The notes beneath the pieces are model-generated. The model saw only the letters and a program-made list of their open reading frames with translations, searched no databases and was not told the DNA's origin. DNA of 64,000 nucleotides from an uncultured delta proteobacterium (GTDB lineage: Bacteria > Myxococcota > Myxococcia > SLRQ01). Position 1 is the stretch's first letter; every line of letters begins with the position of its first letter. The DNA lies in the NCBI GenBank assembly GCA_963727485.1, contig CAVSGM010000002.1, positions 160,001 through 224,000 of the forward strand, given 5' to 3'. Of the stretch, positions 9,822-18,059 are shown one piece after another. The position numbers and the translations under genes are program-made.

Positions 9822-11672
9822 ATGGCGACCCTGGCCCCGCACCCGCTCCCCAAGGCGAGCCCCGACGACGGCACCGTCCTCCGGTCGTTCCTGGGCACCT
9901 TCCGCTTCGCCGGCCGGGGCCTCAAGCTGGTGTGGGGCACCTCCCGGAGCCTGACGGTGTGGCTCGCGGTCCTCACCCTCGCCGCGGGCCTCGTCCCCGG
10001 CGGCATCGCCTACGTGGGCAAGCTCCTGGTGGACACGGTGATCCGCGCCGCCCGCACCGGCGCGGTGGCGGACAAGCACCTGGCCCTGACCTGGGTCGCC
10101 GTCGAGGGGGGCCTGGTGGTCGTGCTGCTGGCCTGCCAGCGGGGCCTCACGGTGGCCCGCTCGCTCCTGCGCGCCCGCCTCGGCCACCAGGTCAACGTGC
10201 AGATCCTGGAGAAGGCCTTGAGGATGAGCCTCCCCCAGTTCGAGGACTCGGGGTTCTACGACCGCCTCACCCGGGCGCGGCGTGAGGCCTCGACGAGGCC
10301 CCTGTCCCTGGTGAACCGCACCTTCTCGCTTGGCCAGAACGCGGTGTCGCTGGTCACCTACGCGGGCCTGCTCCTCTCGTTCTCGCCTTGGGCGGTGGGG
10401 GTGCTCGGGCTCTGCGGGCTGCCGGCCTTCGTCGCCGAGGCGAAGTTCTCCGGGGAGGCCTTCCGCCTGTTCAAGTGGCGCTCGCCGGAGACCCGGGAGC
10501 AGATGTACCTCGAGGTGCTCATGGCCCGGGAGGACTACGCCAAGGAGGTGCAGCTCTTCGGCCTCGGGCCGCTCTTCCTCGATCGCTACCGCGCCATCTT
10601 CGACCGCATCTACGGCGCCGACCGCGACCTCACCCTGCGCCGGAACCTCTGGGGCTGGGTGCTGGGCCTGGTGGGCATCCTCGCCCTCTACGGCGCCTAC
10701 GCCTGGACCGTGGTCGCCGCGGTCGCCGGGGCCATCACGCTGGGCGCCATGACCATGTACCTCGCAGTCTTCCGCCAGGGGCAGGGCGCCTTCACCTCGG
10801 GCCTCGACGCCATCGCCGGGATGTACGAGGACAACCTCTACCTCTCGACCCTCTACGAGCTCCTCGACGAGCCCACCCCCGCCGCCGGCGGCACCGCCAC
10901 CGAGGGGCCGGCGCCCGCCGACGGGGTGCGCTTCGAGCACGTCTCGTTCACCTACCCGGGGGCCTCGGCGCCGGCGCTCACCGACGTGAGCTTCCACCTC
11001 GAGCCCGGGGAGAAGCTGGCGGTGGTGGGCCACAACGGCTCCGGGAAGACCACCCTCATCAAGCTCCTCACCCGCCTCTACGTCCCCGACACCGGGCGCA
11101 TCACCCTCGACGGCCTCGAGCTCGGCGAGTGGGATCCGGAGGTCCTCCGGGCCCGGGTCGGGGTCATCTTCCAGGACTTCGTGCGCTACCAGCTCACCGT
11201 GGGCGAGAACGTCGGCGCCGGCGACGTCGGGCACTTCGAGGACGAGACCCGCTGGCAGGACGCCTCGGTGAAGGCCATGGCCGACGACTTCATCGCGCGC
11301 CTCGGTGAGGGCTATAAGACCCAGCTCGGGCGGTGGTTCCGCCAGGGCGTCGAGCTCTCCGGGGGCCAGTGGCAGCGCATCGCCCTGGCCCGGGCCTTCA
11401 TGCGCTCCCGGGCGCGGGTGCTCGTCCTCGACGAGCCCACCAGCGCCATGGACGCCGAGAGCGAGGCGGAGATCTTCGAGCGCTTCCGCCAGCTCACCGA
11501 GGGGCAGATGGCGGTGCTCATCAGCCACCGGTTCTCCACCGTGCGCATGGCCGACCGGATCCTGGTGCTGGAGGAGGGCCAGGTGGTGGAGCAGGGGAGC
11601 CACGAGGCGCTCCTCGAGCTCGACGGAGTGTACGCGCGGCTCTTCAAGATCCAGGCGCGCGGGTACACCTGA
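9822..11672 (+). CDS. ABC exporter, fused permease/ATPase
   Basis: N-terminal TM helices, Walker A GHNGSGKT, LSGGQWQ signature, VLDEPT Walker B and ISHR. Confidence 0.92.
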   Translation: MATLAPHPLPKASPDDGTVLRSFLGTFRFAGRGLKLVWGTSRSLTVWLAVLTLAAGLVPGGIAYVGKLLVDTVIRAARTGAVADKHLALTWVAVEGGLVVVLLACQRGLTVARSLLRARLGHQVNVQILEKALRMSLPQFEDSGFYDRLTRARREASTRPLSLVNRTFSLGQNAVSLVTYAGLLLSFSPWAVGVLGLCGLPAFVAEAKFSGEAFRLFKWRSPETREQMYLEVLMAREDYAKEVQLFGLGPLFLDRYRAIFDRIYGADRDLTLRRNLWGWVLGLVGILALYGAYAWTVVAAVAGAITLGAMTMYLAVFRQGQGAFTSGLDAIAGMYEDNLYLSTLYELLDEPTPAAGGTATEGPAPADGVRFEHVSFTYPGASAPALTDVSFHLEPGEKLAVVGHNGSGKTTLIKLLTRLYVPDTGRITLDGLELGEWDPEVLRARVGVIFQDFVRYQLTVGENVGAGDVGHFEDETRWQDASVKAMADDFIARLGEGYKTQLGRWFRQGVELSGGQWQRIALARAFMRSRARVLVLDEPTSAMDAESEAEIFERFRQLTEGQMAVLISHRFSTVRMADRILVLEEGQVVEQGSHEALLELDGVYARLFKIQARGYT

Positions 11673-11690
11673 GGCCGGGTCCCCGGCGGA

Positions 11691-11790
11691 TGGCGGCAGC
11701 GTACAGGAATCGAACCTGCCGACGCCCTGGAGCGCAGGACGCCCACCGGTTTTGAAGACCGAGGCCGGCACCAGCCGTGCGTCCGCTGCC
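11691..11790 (-). tRNA. selC: tRNA-Sec (anticodon UCA)
   Basis: The reverse complement folds with anticodon loop CTTCAAA, a 4-nt D-loop TGGT, a 9-bp variable arm, T-arm GCAGG-TTCGATT-CCTGT, G discriminator and encoded CCA. Length is 100 nt. Confidence 0.95.
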
Positions 11791-11796
11791 ACGGTC

Positions 11797-11825
11797 GATG
11801 TACCGGGACCGGGGAGGCCATGCAA
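11797..11825 (-). promoter_or_regulatory. Putative sigma70 promoter of selC
   Basis: TTGCAT-N17-TACATC on the minus strand, 6 nt before tRNA G1. The -10 is a weak match. Confidence 0.4.
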
Positions 11826-11890
11826 GCACCGCCGGCGCAGGACTTGCCGGACCCCGGCGGACTGGGCAACCTTGCACCCTGGAGCCCCCC

Positions 11891-12805
11891 ATGTCGTCCC
11901 GTCTCCATGCCGCGGCCGGTGCCGCCGTCGCCCTGGCCCTCGGCGCCTGCGGAGGCCGTTCGCCGTCCCTGGCCCTGGCCCAGGGGCTGAACGATCCCCG
12001 GGTCCTGGCCGCGGAGGGCGGCGTCGTCTACTGGGCCGACGGGGACGGGCGCATCCACCGGGTCGGCGAGACCACCGACCCGACCCCGGACCTCCTGGCC
12101 CAGGGTCCCCCGGATCCGGTGGGCCTGGCTGTGAGCGCCACCCACGTGTTCTGGGCCACCGTCGACGGGGGTGTCTACAGGGTGCCGCTGGTCGGCGGCG
12201 GCCCGGAGGCCCTGGCCCAGGACGACCCGGTGACCGCCGGCCCGGTCCTCGACGACGACGACGTGTTCTGGGCCACCGCGGGCCACGTGGCGAAGGTCTC
12301 CCAGATGGGCGGCGCGATGCAGGTGATCGTCGGCGGCCGGCCCGGGCCCATGGGCATCCAGGTGGACCGGCTGCGCCTCTACTGGGCCGAGGCTGGCGTC
12401 GGCGGAAACGTGGGGGGTGCGCTCCTGGCCATGCCCAAGGAGGGGGGGCCGGTCTCGGTCCTCGCCGAGGGGCTCACCGGTCCCACGCCGGTGGCCATCG
12501 CCGGGACCGACGTGCTCTGGCTCGCCGGGGACGCGGTGGATCGGGTCCCCGGGGCCGGGGGCAGCACCGGCCTGGTCGCCGGGGGCCAGGCCCGGGCCCG
12601 GGGGCTCGTCGCCGACGGCGACGACGCCTGGTGGTCCGTGGACGCAGGGGACCTCGTGCACTCGTCCGTCACCGCCCCGGACCCGAAGGTGGTCTACGCC
12701 GGCGCCGGCACCCCCAAGGCCCTCGCCGTGGATCCCTTCGGGGTCTACTGGGTCGAGGCCGGCGACGGCGCAGGCCACGGGCGGGTCATGATGCTCCGGC
12801 GCTAG
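11891..12805 (+). CDS. Lipoprotein with beta-propeller-like repeats
   Basis: Lipobox LGAC. About seven ~40-aa repeats of the form P..LAV....VYW......I.RV...GG....LA. Confidence 0.75.
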   Translation: MSSRLHAAAGAAVALALGACGGRSPSLALAQGLNDPRVLAAEGGVVYWADGDGRIHRVGETTDPTPDLLAQGPPDPVGLAVSATHVFWATVDGGVYRVPLVGGGPEALAQDDPVTAGPVLDDDDVFWATAGHVAKVSQMGGAMQVIVGGRPGPMGIQVDRLRLYWAEAGVGGNVGGALLAMPKEGGPVSVLAEGLTGPTPVAIAGTDVLWLAGDAVDRVPGAGGSTGLVAGGQARARGLVADGDDAWWSVDAGDLVHSSVTAPDPKVVYAGAGTPKALAVDPFGVYWVEAGDGAGHGRVMMLRR

Positions 12806-12817
12806 CGGGCGCCGCGA

Positions 12818-13237
12818 TCAGTTCACCGAGCAGCTGGCGGTCATCGCCGTCTCGTTGCAGGCGCAGCTCGGGCACTGGGTGGTGTCGCAGTTCCCGGTCC
12901 CGCCGCAGGTGGTGGTGCAGCCGCCCCCGGCGCAGGTCAGGGCGATGGTGCCTTGCCCGGTGGCGTTGACGGTGCAGTTGCCGCCGGCGCAGTCGAAGTT
13001 CACGTCGCCCTGGCCGGTCGCGTCGAGGGTGCAGCCCCCCTTGTCGCAGGTGAGGGTCGCCAGGCCCTGGCCGCCGGCGGTGTACGCACAGTCTGCGTCC
13101 ACGCAGTTCCACTCGCAGGCTCCGGCCCCGTCGCAGGCGCAGGCGTCCCCCTTGTGGCAGTCGGTCGAGGCGCCGCAGGCCCCCAGGGCGAAGGTGGCGG
13201 CAGCAAGCATCGCGAATCCAACGAGTGCAGGCTTCAT
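12818..13237 (-). CDS. Cys-rich repeat lipoprotein
   Basis: Lipobox LGAC, GGAGG RBS, 19 Cys in 139 aa, tandem 19-aa repeats CxxGxCTxxATGQGxxxxx. Confidence 0.8.
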   Translation of the reverse strand: MKPALVGFAMLAAATFALGACGASTDCHKGDACACDGAGACEWNCVDADCAYTAGGQGLATLTCDKGGCTLDATGQGDVNFDCAGGNCTVNATGQGTIALTCAGGGCTTTCGGTGNCDTTQCPSCACNETAMTASCSVN

Positions 13238-13353
13238 CAGGTCCTCCCAGACGAGATGTCACGAGATCTACCGGGAGACCCACCGTGGGCCCCCCAGTGT
13301 CGGATCACACGTTGGCAGAAGGGTCGGTCAGGAGAATTGATCCAGGTGCGGGC

Positions 13354-13392
13354 AAAGAAAAACCGCCGGCCGGCGCGAGGCCGACCGGCGGT
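13354..13392 (-). terminator. Rho-independent terminator of the multiheme cytochrome gene
   Basis: On the minus strand a ~13-bp stem (ACCGCCGGTCGGC/GCCGGCCGGCGGT) is followed by TTTTCTTT, 24 nt after the stop codon. Confidence 0.8.
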
Positions 13393-13415
13393 AGATGCCG
13401 CGTTCGGAGGAGGTA

Positions 13416-16079
13416 CTACGGCACGAGCAGGGTGCGCAGCTGACCCTGGGTCGCCGTGAGGACCTTCAGCACGAAGCTCGGGTTGTGGATGCCCTTGGTG
13501 CCGTCGTTCGACACCAGGCCGATGTTCCACAGGCTCTTCACCAGGATGCTGTCGGTCGCGTAGAGCGGGCTCCCGGAGGCATCGGTGAGGGTGCCGAGCT
13601 GGAACTGGACGTCGGTCACGTTGGTGCTGGAACCGTCGCTCCAGGTCACGTCGACGCCGGTGCCCAGGGTGAAGTCCAGGGCCATCTGGCCGTGGACCTC
13701 GGCCAGGGCCACCGCGGTGGGCACCTGGCTCAGGGTGATCGGACCCTGGGCGTAGAGGCCCGTGGCCGGATCGTAGGGCTTCACCTGGTAGGTGGTGCTG
13801 GCCCCGGTGCCGTTGACGATCCCCGAGAGGGTGCTCGTCACGACCTGGCCCACCATGGTGTCGAGGTCGTCGATGCCGGCCTGCACGTTGGCCTGGAGCC
13901 CCTTGCCGTTGACGTCGGGGCTGTGGCAGCTGGCGCAGATGCTGCTGTCGGGCACGAAGGTGTGGTTCGAGCCGCCGGTGTTCACCGACGCCGGCACGAT
14001 CTTCACGTGGCAGGTCGCGCAGGAGTCGCCGATGGCCGAGTGCACCGAGACGTTGTAGCCGTCGACGAAGTACGCGTTCTTGCCCATGAACACGTCACCC
14101 TGGGCGGCGACGTGGGGGCCGGAGTAGCTCGTCGGCGGGTTCAGGTCGTCGTGCTCGCCGTTGCGGCTGTTGTGGCAGGCGATGCACACGGTGCCCTTGC
14201 CCAGGCCACGCGCGGTGAACCCGCCAGGCAGCTTGACCGGGGTGCTCCCGTCGAGGCGCAGCTCCAGGGAGTGCGGATCGTGGCAGGAGGGGCAGGTCTG
14301 CGGCTGCACGTGGGCCTTGTCGAGGCCGATGGACGCCAGGTACGAGGCGGTGGCGTTGTTGCCGTCGGGGCCCTTCAGCCAGCCGGTGTCCCCGGCCAGG
14401 AGCTGGTCGGTGTACTGGGCGAAGCCCTGGGCGGAGTGGCACCGGCCGCAGTGGGCGGCCATGGCGCCCCGACCCTCGACCGTGGCCTCCTCGAGGGCGA
14501 GGTCGCGGTTGGCGTGCGGCGACTTCGACCACAGGGGGAACCGGTCGTGGTGCGGAGGCGCGTCGTGGCAGAAGGCGCAGTTGCGGGCGTCCCAGCTCAC
14601 GGTGGGCTTGTAGTTGGCGGTGTCACCGACGTGGGCGCTGCCCGGACCGTGGCAGTTCTCGCACTGGATGTTGCCGAGGTTCTTCAGGTTGTCCGGCAGG
14701 GCGGCGAAGTTGCCCGGCTTGTTCTCGGCCGGGTAGGTCCAGCCGTCGGCCTTGGCCACGTCGTCGAAGCCGCCGTTGTCGGCGGCCGGGTCGTAGCCCA
14801 CGGTGTGGCAGCTGATGCAGCTCTTGCCGTAGTGGCTGCCGAGCACGCCGTTGATCCCGTTCTCGAAGTGGTGGGCGTGACCGCTGTCCTTCCACTCGTT
14901 GTACTGGTTGAGGTCGGGGTCGAGGGTGCCGTTGTGGCAGTTCTTGCAGGTGTCGTTGACGCCCTTCCAGGTGGCGGCGGTGATGGTGATGCTGTTGCCG
15001 GTGGTGGAGTTGGTCACCGTGTAGTCGCCGTCGACGTCGGGGATGAACCAGGCGTTGCGCGCGGTGGCGTCGTGGAGGGTGGCGGTGGAGCTAGCCGGCT
15101 TGGCGGTGATGCTCCAGTCATAGGAGGTGACGGCGTTGCCACTGGAGTCGGTGGTCAGGTCGTTGGTCACCGCCAGGAGACCGCGGGGGAAGTTCTTCCA
15201 CGGGCCCACCCGGCTCATGGTCTGGACGGTCTGGTTGGCCGACGTGGTGAAGGTGCCGTCGCTCACGGTCACCTTGAACACGTAGGACATCTGGACCATC
15301 TGGTTGTTGGTGATGGGCATCATCTCGGCCCGCTCTTCGCGGTAGAGATTGTCCACGGCACCACTGTTGACGATGTCGTCGAAGCTGGCGGTGGTGAAGG
15401 TCGGGGTGGCGGTGTCGGCGCCGGTGAGGGTCGCCGTCGTCGGGCCACTGACCTGGGTCCAGGTGTAGGTGAGGTTCGAGCCGGTGGCGCCGGACACGGT
15501 CTCACCGAGGGTCACGTCCGAGCCGAAGCCGGCGAGGTAGACGGGATCCGTCGTCACCACGAGGGGATTGGTGCGATCGAGGGTGACCGAGACGTCGGCG
15601 GTGCCGCCGGCGATCAGGCTCACGCCCGTCACATCCTTGGTGGCGTAGTCGGAGCTCGCGAACTCGAGGCTGTAGACGCCGGCGGGCAGGGTCAGGCTGA
15701 AGTTGCCGTCGGTGTCGGTGGTGGCGGCGGTGACGCCGTCAGGCAGGGGGGCGGGGGTCACGGTGACGCCGGAGGCGCCGCCGCCGATGCTCGAGGTGAC
15801 CACACCGGTGAGGGTGCCGGTGGTCGTCCCGGGCTGACCATTGGTGAGGGTGATGGACGTGCCGTCGGCGCAGGTGATGGTCTTGGTGCCATCACCATTG
15901 TCGGTGGCCGTGCAGGACGTGCCCGCGGATCCAGTCGGACCCTGGGGACCGGCGGCGCCGGTGGTACCCTTGGGACCGGCAGGACCGATGGGGCCCTGAC
16001 AGGCGAACAGGAACGGGACCAGGAGGAGCAGACCAATCGTGGTGCCCCTGGAAAGTCCATGATGCGTGCGGTTCCGCAT
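13416..16079 (-). CDS. Nine-heme c-type cytochrome lipoprotein with collagen-like, carboxypeptidase-regulatory-like and PKD/Ig-like domains
   Basis: Lipobox LFAC; nine G-X-Y triplets; TDTDGNFSLTLPAGVYSL; LTYTWTQVSGP. CxxCH motifs: CKNCH, CISCH, CENCH, CAFCH, CGRCH, CPSCH, CIACH, CATCH, CASCH. GGAGGAGG RBS. Confidence 0.92.
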   Translation of the reverse strand: MRNRTHHGLSRGTTIGLLLLVPFLFACQGPIGPAGPKGTTGAAGPQGPTGSAGTSCTATDNGDGTKTITCADGTSITLTNGQPGTTTGTLTGVVTSSIGGGASGVTVTPAPLPDGVTAATTDTDGNFSLTLPAGVYSLEFASSDYATKDVTGVSLIAGGTADVSVTLDRTNPLVVTTDPVYLAGFGSDVTLGETVSGATGSNLTYTWTQVSGPTTATLTGADTATPTFTTASFDDIVNSGAVDNLYREERAEMMPITNNQMVQMSYVFKVTVSDGTFTTSANQTVQTMSRVGPWKNFPRGLLAVTNDLTTDSSGNAVTSYDWSITAKPASSTATLHDATARNAWFIPDVDGDYTVTNSTTGNSITITAATWKGVNDTCKNCHNGTLDPDLNQYNEWKDSGHAHHFENGINGVLGSHYGKSCISCHTVGYDPAADNGGFDDVAKADGWTYPAENKPGNFAALPDNLKNLGNIQCENCHGPGSAHVGDTANYKPTVSWDARNCAFCHDAPPHHDRFPLWSKSPHANRDLALEEATVEGRGAMAAHCGRCHSAQGFAQYTDQLLAGDTGWLKGPDGNNATASYLASIGLDKAHVQPQTCPSCHDPHSLELRLDGSTPVKLPGGFTARGLGKGTVCIACHNSRNGEHDDLNPPTSYSGPHVAAQGDVFMGKNAYFVDGYNVSVHSAIGDSCATCHVKIVPASVNTGGSNHTFVPDSSICASCHSPDVNGKGLQANVQAGIDDLDTMVGQVVTSTLSGIVNGTGASTTYQVKPYDPATGLYAQGPITLSQVPTAVALAEVHGQMALDFTLGTGVDVTWSDGSSTNVTDVQFQLGTLTDASGSPLYATDSILVKSLWNIGLVSNDGTKGIHNPSFVLKVLTATQGQLRTLLVP
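15915..15995 (-). repeat. Collagen-like (Gly-X-Y)9 coding repeat
   Basis: GPI GPA GPK GTT GAA GPQ GPT GSA GTS, starting two residues after the lipidated Cys. Confidence 0.85.
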
Positions 16080-16178
16080 TGCTGCGACTACCTCCTCCCG
16101 CGGCTGGGTTGAATCCGATGCGCGACCGGGGATCGGTCAACTGCGCTGCCTGCGCGCAGGGCATCGCGGCACGCAAAG

Positions 16179-16193
16179 GCAAGGGGCGTACCA
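16179..16193 (-). promoter_or_regulatory. Sigma54 (-24/-12) promoter of the multiheme cytochrome
   Basis: TGGTACG-CCCC-TTGC on the minus strand, one mismatch from TGGCACG-N4-TTGC, about 100 nt upstream of the ATG. Confidence 0.75.
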
Positions 16194-16274
16194 CCCCTTA
16201 CCGGAGCGTCACCCGTTCCCGGCGCAGCGCCTGCGCGGGTGTCGCCGTCGTCGACACCGTGGCGGGGGGGCCTG

Positions 16275-16309
16275 GCGCAGGAATTCCGAAAGCCGCGGTT
16301 TTCCTGCGC
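16275..16309. promoter_or_regulatory. Candidate upstream activator site (inverted repeat)
   Basis: GCGCAGGAA-N17-TTCCTGCGC, 80-115 bp upstream of the -24 element. TTCCTGCGCGA recurs at 16506. Confidence 0.45.
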
Positions 16310-16545
16310 GAGGTCGCCAGTGCGGATCCAGGACCGCCGGCGACCGGCGTCAGACGGAGTGATCCAGGTCAGGAATCGGGTCCGTCTGGAGAGTCATTCT
16401 CCATCCCGGCGGGCTCCTCCCCCGACCCGTCTACGCAGCATCCCCCGCGCCGCGACACGGAAATTGCGTACAGGACCCCCGCTTCACGCACGCGGTGCGT
16501 GCGCATTCCTGCGCGACGACGACGCCCCCTGCGCGCCGTGCCCCC

Positions 16546-18048
16546 CTAGCTCGCGGCGGCGAGCGCCGCGAGCCCCAGCACCATGAGCACCGTGGCCCAC
16601 ACGAGCAAGGCCCGAATCGGTTGCGCCGGCCAGTAGCCCTCGAGCTCGGCGAGGGACCGCGCCGGCACCGTGCCGCCGCCGGGGACGGCGACCGGGGTGT
16701 CGGGATGGATCCGCTGCGCTTCCGCCCACCGCCTGAGGAGGACCCGGGTGGCCGGGTAGCGCCGGCCGTCGACGGTGGCGGCGTAGGTCGGCATCGCCGT
16801 CGGAGCCGGGTCCTCGTCGCCGGCGCCCGCGCCGTCCCCGCCGGCCGGATCGCCCTCGGGGAGGGCGAAGGGGGTCACCGCCTTGAAGATCCCGGTGGAG
16901 GTCATGTCCCGGCGCAGCTCGAAGCCGGCGAGGCAGGCCACCGGGTCGAGGCGTCCGAGGTGGGCGAAGTCCAGGCGACCCCACGCCGTCCGGTCCACCC
17001 GGACGCTGAACAGCCAGGTGTCCTCGATCCGCGCCGTCGCCCGGTCCGGCCGCTGGGTGTAGGCCGAGAGGGTCACCCGGGCGCAGGCGGGCAGCCAGGC
17101 GAAGGTCTCGCCCACCAGGCGCAGGGCCACCCCGTGGACGTGGTGCATGTAGCGCTCCCGGAGGCGCCGGGCGGAGAGGGGGTCGTGGGCGATGCCCAGG
17201 GGGCGCTTGGTCACCCGGGCCTCGGTGGCGGGCAGGTCCTCGAGCTCCGGGAGGTCCACGTCGAGCACGACCTCGTCTCCCCGGACCTCGAAGGAGACCC
17301 GGGTCTCCCGGGGCCAGTGGAGGCGGGCGAGGTGGAAGCCGAGGAGGGCCTCGGCGTCGGCACCCGAGAGGCTTGCCCGGCGGTCGAAGAGGTCCCGGAG
17401 CCGGGCCATCTCGCCGTCGTGGGCAACCTCGCGCTTCGCCCACGCCGCGTGGGCCTCCTCGAAGGCCGCCGTCACCGCGGCCTGGGTCTCGATCCGGTGG
17501 CGCCGGCGCGGGGGCCAGAGCCACCCCAGGCCCCCGAGGCCGTAGGGCACGCCCACGGGGGCCACCGGCTCGGGCTCGGGGAAGGCCACCGGCTCGAAGG
17601 TGAGGGGTGCGTCCGGCGCGGGGATGTCGAGGTGGAGCTGCTCCAGGGCCGCGGCGGCCCGGTTCTCCGCCTCGGCGTGGGAGGTGAGGGCGTCGACCAG
17701 CTGGTCCCGGTGCTGCCTGCGCACCTGCTGGTCGAGGTCGGCGCCGAGGGGCTCGCCGGTGGCGGCGTCCTCGAGGTGCAGGGCGCCGGTGTCGGTGTCG
17801 AGGTTGAAGCCCACCTTCACCATCGCGTCCCGGCGCGCCGGGGCCCGGCGCCGGGCGGCCGGGTGGCTCCCGACGTGGCTGCGGTAGGACAGGCCCGTGC
17901 CCGGGATCCCGACGTTGGTCCAGGTCCCCCGGGGCCCAAAGCTCACCGAGGCGCCTCGGGGCCCCACCGAGAGGCCCAGCCCCGACTTGGAGAGGTTGAG
18001 GTGGACGCCCGGGGCGATCCGGATGCGGCGCTGGAAACGCAGGCCCAT
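16546..18048 (-). CDS. DUF4236 protein with C-terminal GYF_2-like domain and tail TM anchor
   Basis: MGLRFQRRIRIAPGVHLNLSKSG...GIPGTGLSYR is the DUF4236 signature. C-terminal YAATVDGRRYP...LRRWAEAQRIHPDTPV...PARSLAEL resembles GYF_2. The protein ends in a hydrophobic helix. Confidence 0.75.
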   Translation of the reverse strand: MGLRFQRRIRIAPGVHLNLSKSGLGLSVGPRGASVSFGPRGTWTNVGIPGTGLSYRSHVGSHPAARRRAPARRDAMVKVGFNLDTDTGALHLEDAATGEPLGADLDQQVRRQHRDQLVDALTSHAEAENRAAAALEQLHLDIPAPDAPLTFEPVAFPEPEPVAPVGVPYGLGGLGWLWPPRRRHRIETQAAVTAAFEEAHAAWAKREVAHDGEMARLRDLFDRRASLSGADAEALLGFHLARLHWPRETRVSFEVRGDEVVLDVDLPELEDLPATEARVTKRPLGIAHDPLSARRLRERYMHHVHGVALRLVGETFAWLPACARVTLSAYTQRPDRATARIEDTWLFSVRVDRTAWGRLDFAHLGRLDPVACLAGFELRRDMTSTGIFKAVTPFALPEGDPAGGDGAGAGDEDPAPTAMPTYAATVDGRRYPATRVLLRRWAEAQRIHPDTPVAVPGGGTVPARSLAELEGYWPAQPIRALLVWATVLMVLGLAALAAAS

Positions 18049-18059
18049 GGCCCCACAGC

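Noticed and set aside
5565..11690. Integrative element inserted at selC
   Set aside because: No integrase and no convincing duplication of the tRNA 3' end; most intervening genes have host-like composition.
13251..13267. ACGAGAT direct repeat with 10-bp period upstream of the Cys-rich lipoprotein
   Set aside because: Only two short copies very close to the RBS; cannot be distinguished from chance.
16140..16320. c-di-GMP/GEMM riboswitch upstream of the cytochrome
   Set aside because: The CGCAAAG-like and GAAA pieces are on the wrong strand and in the wrong order; a sigma54 promoter explains the region better.
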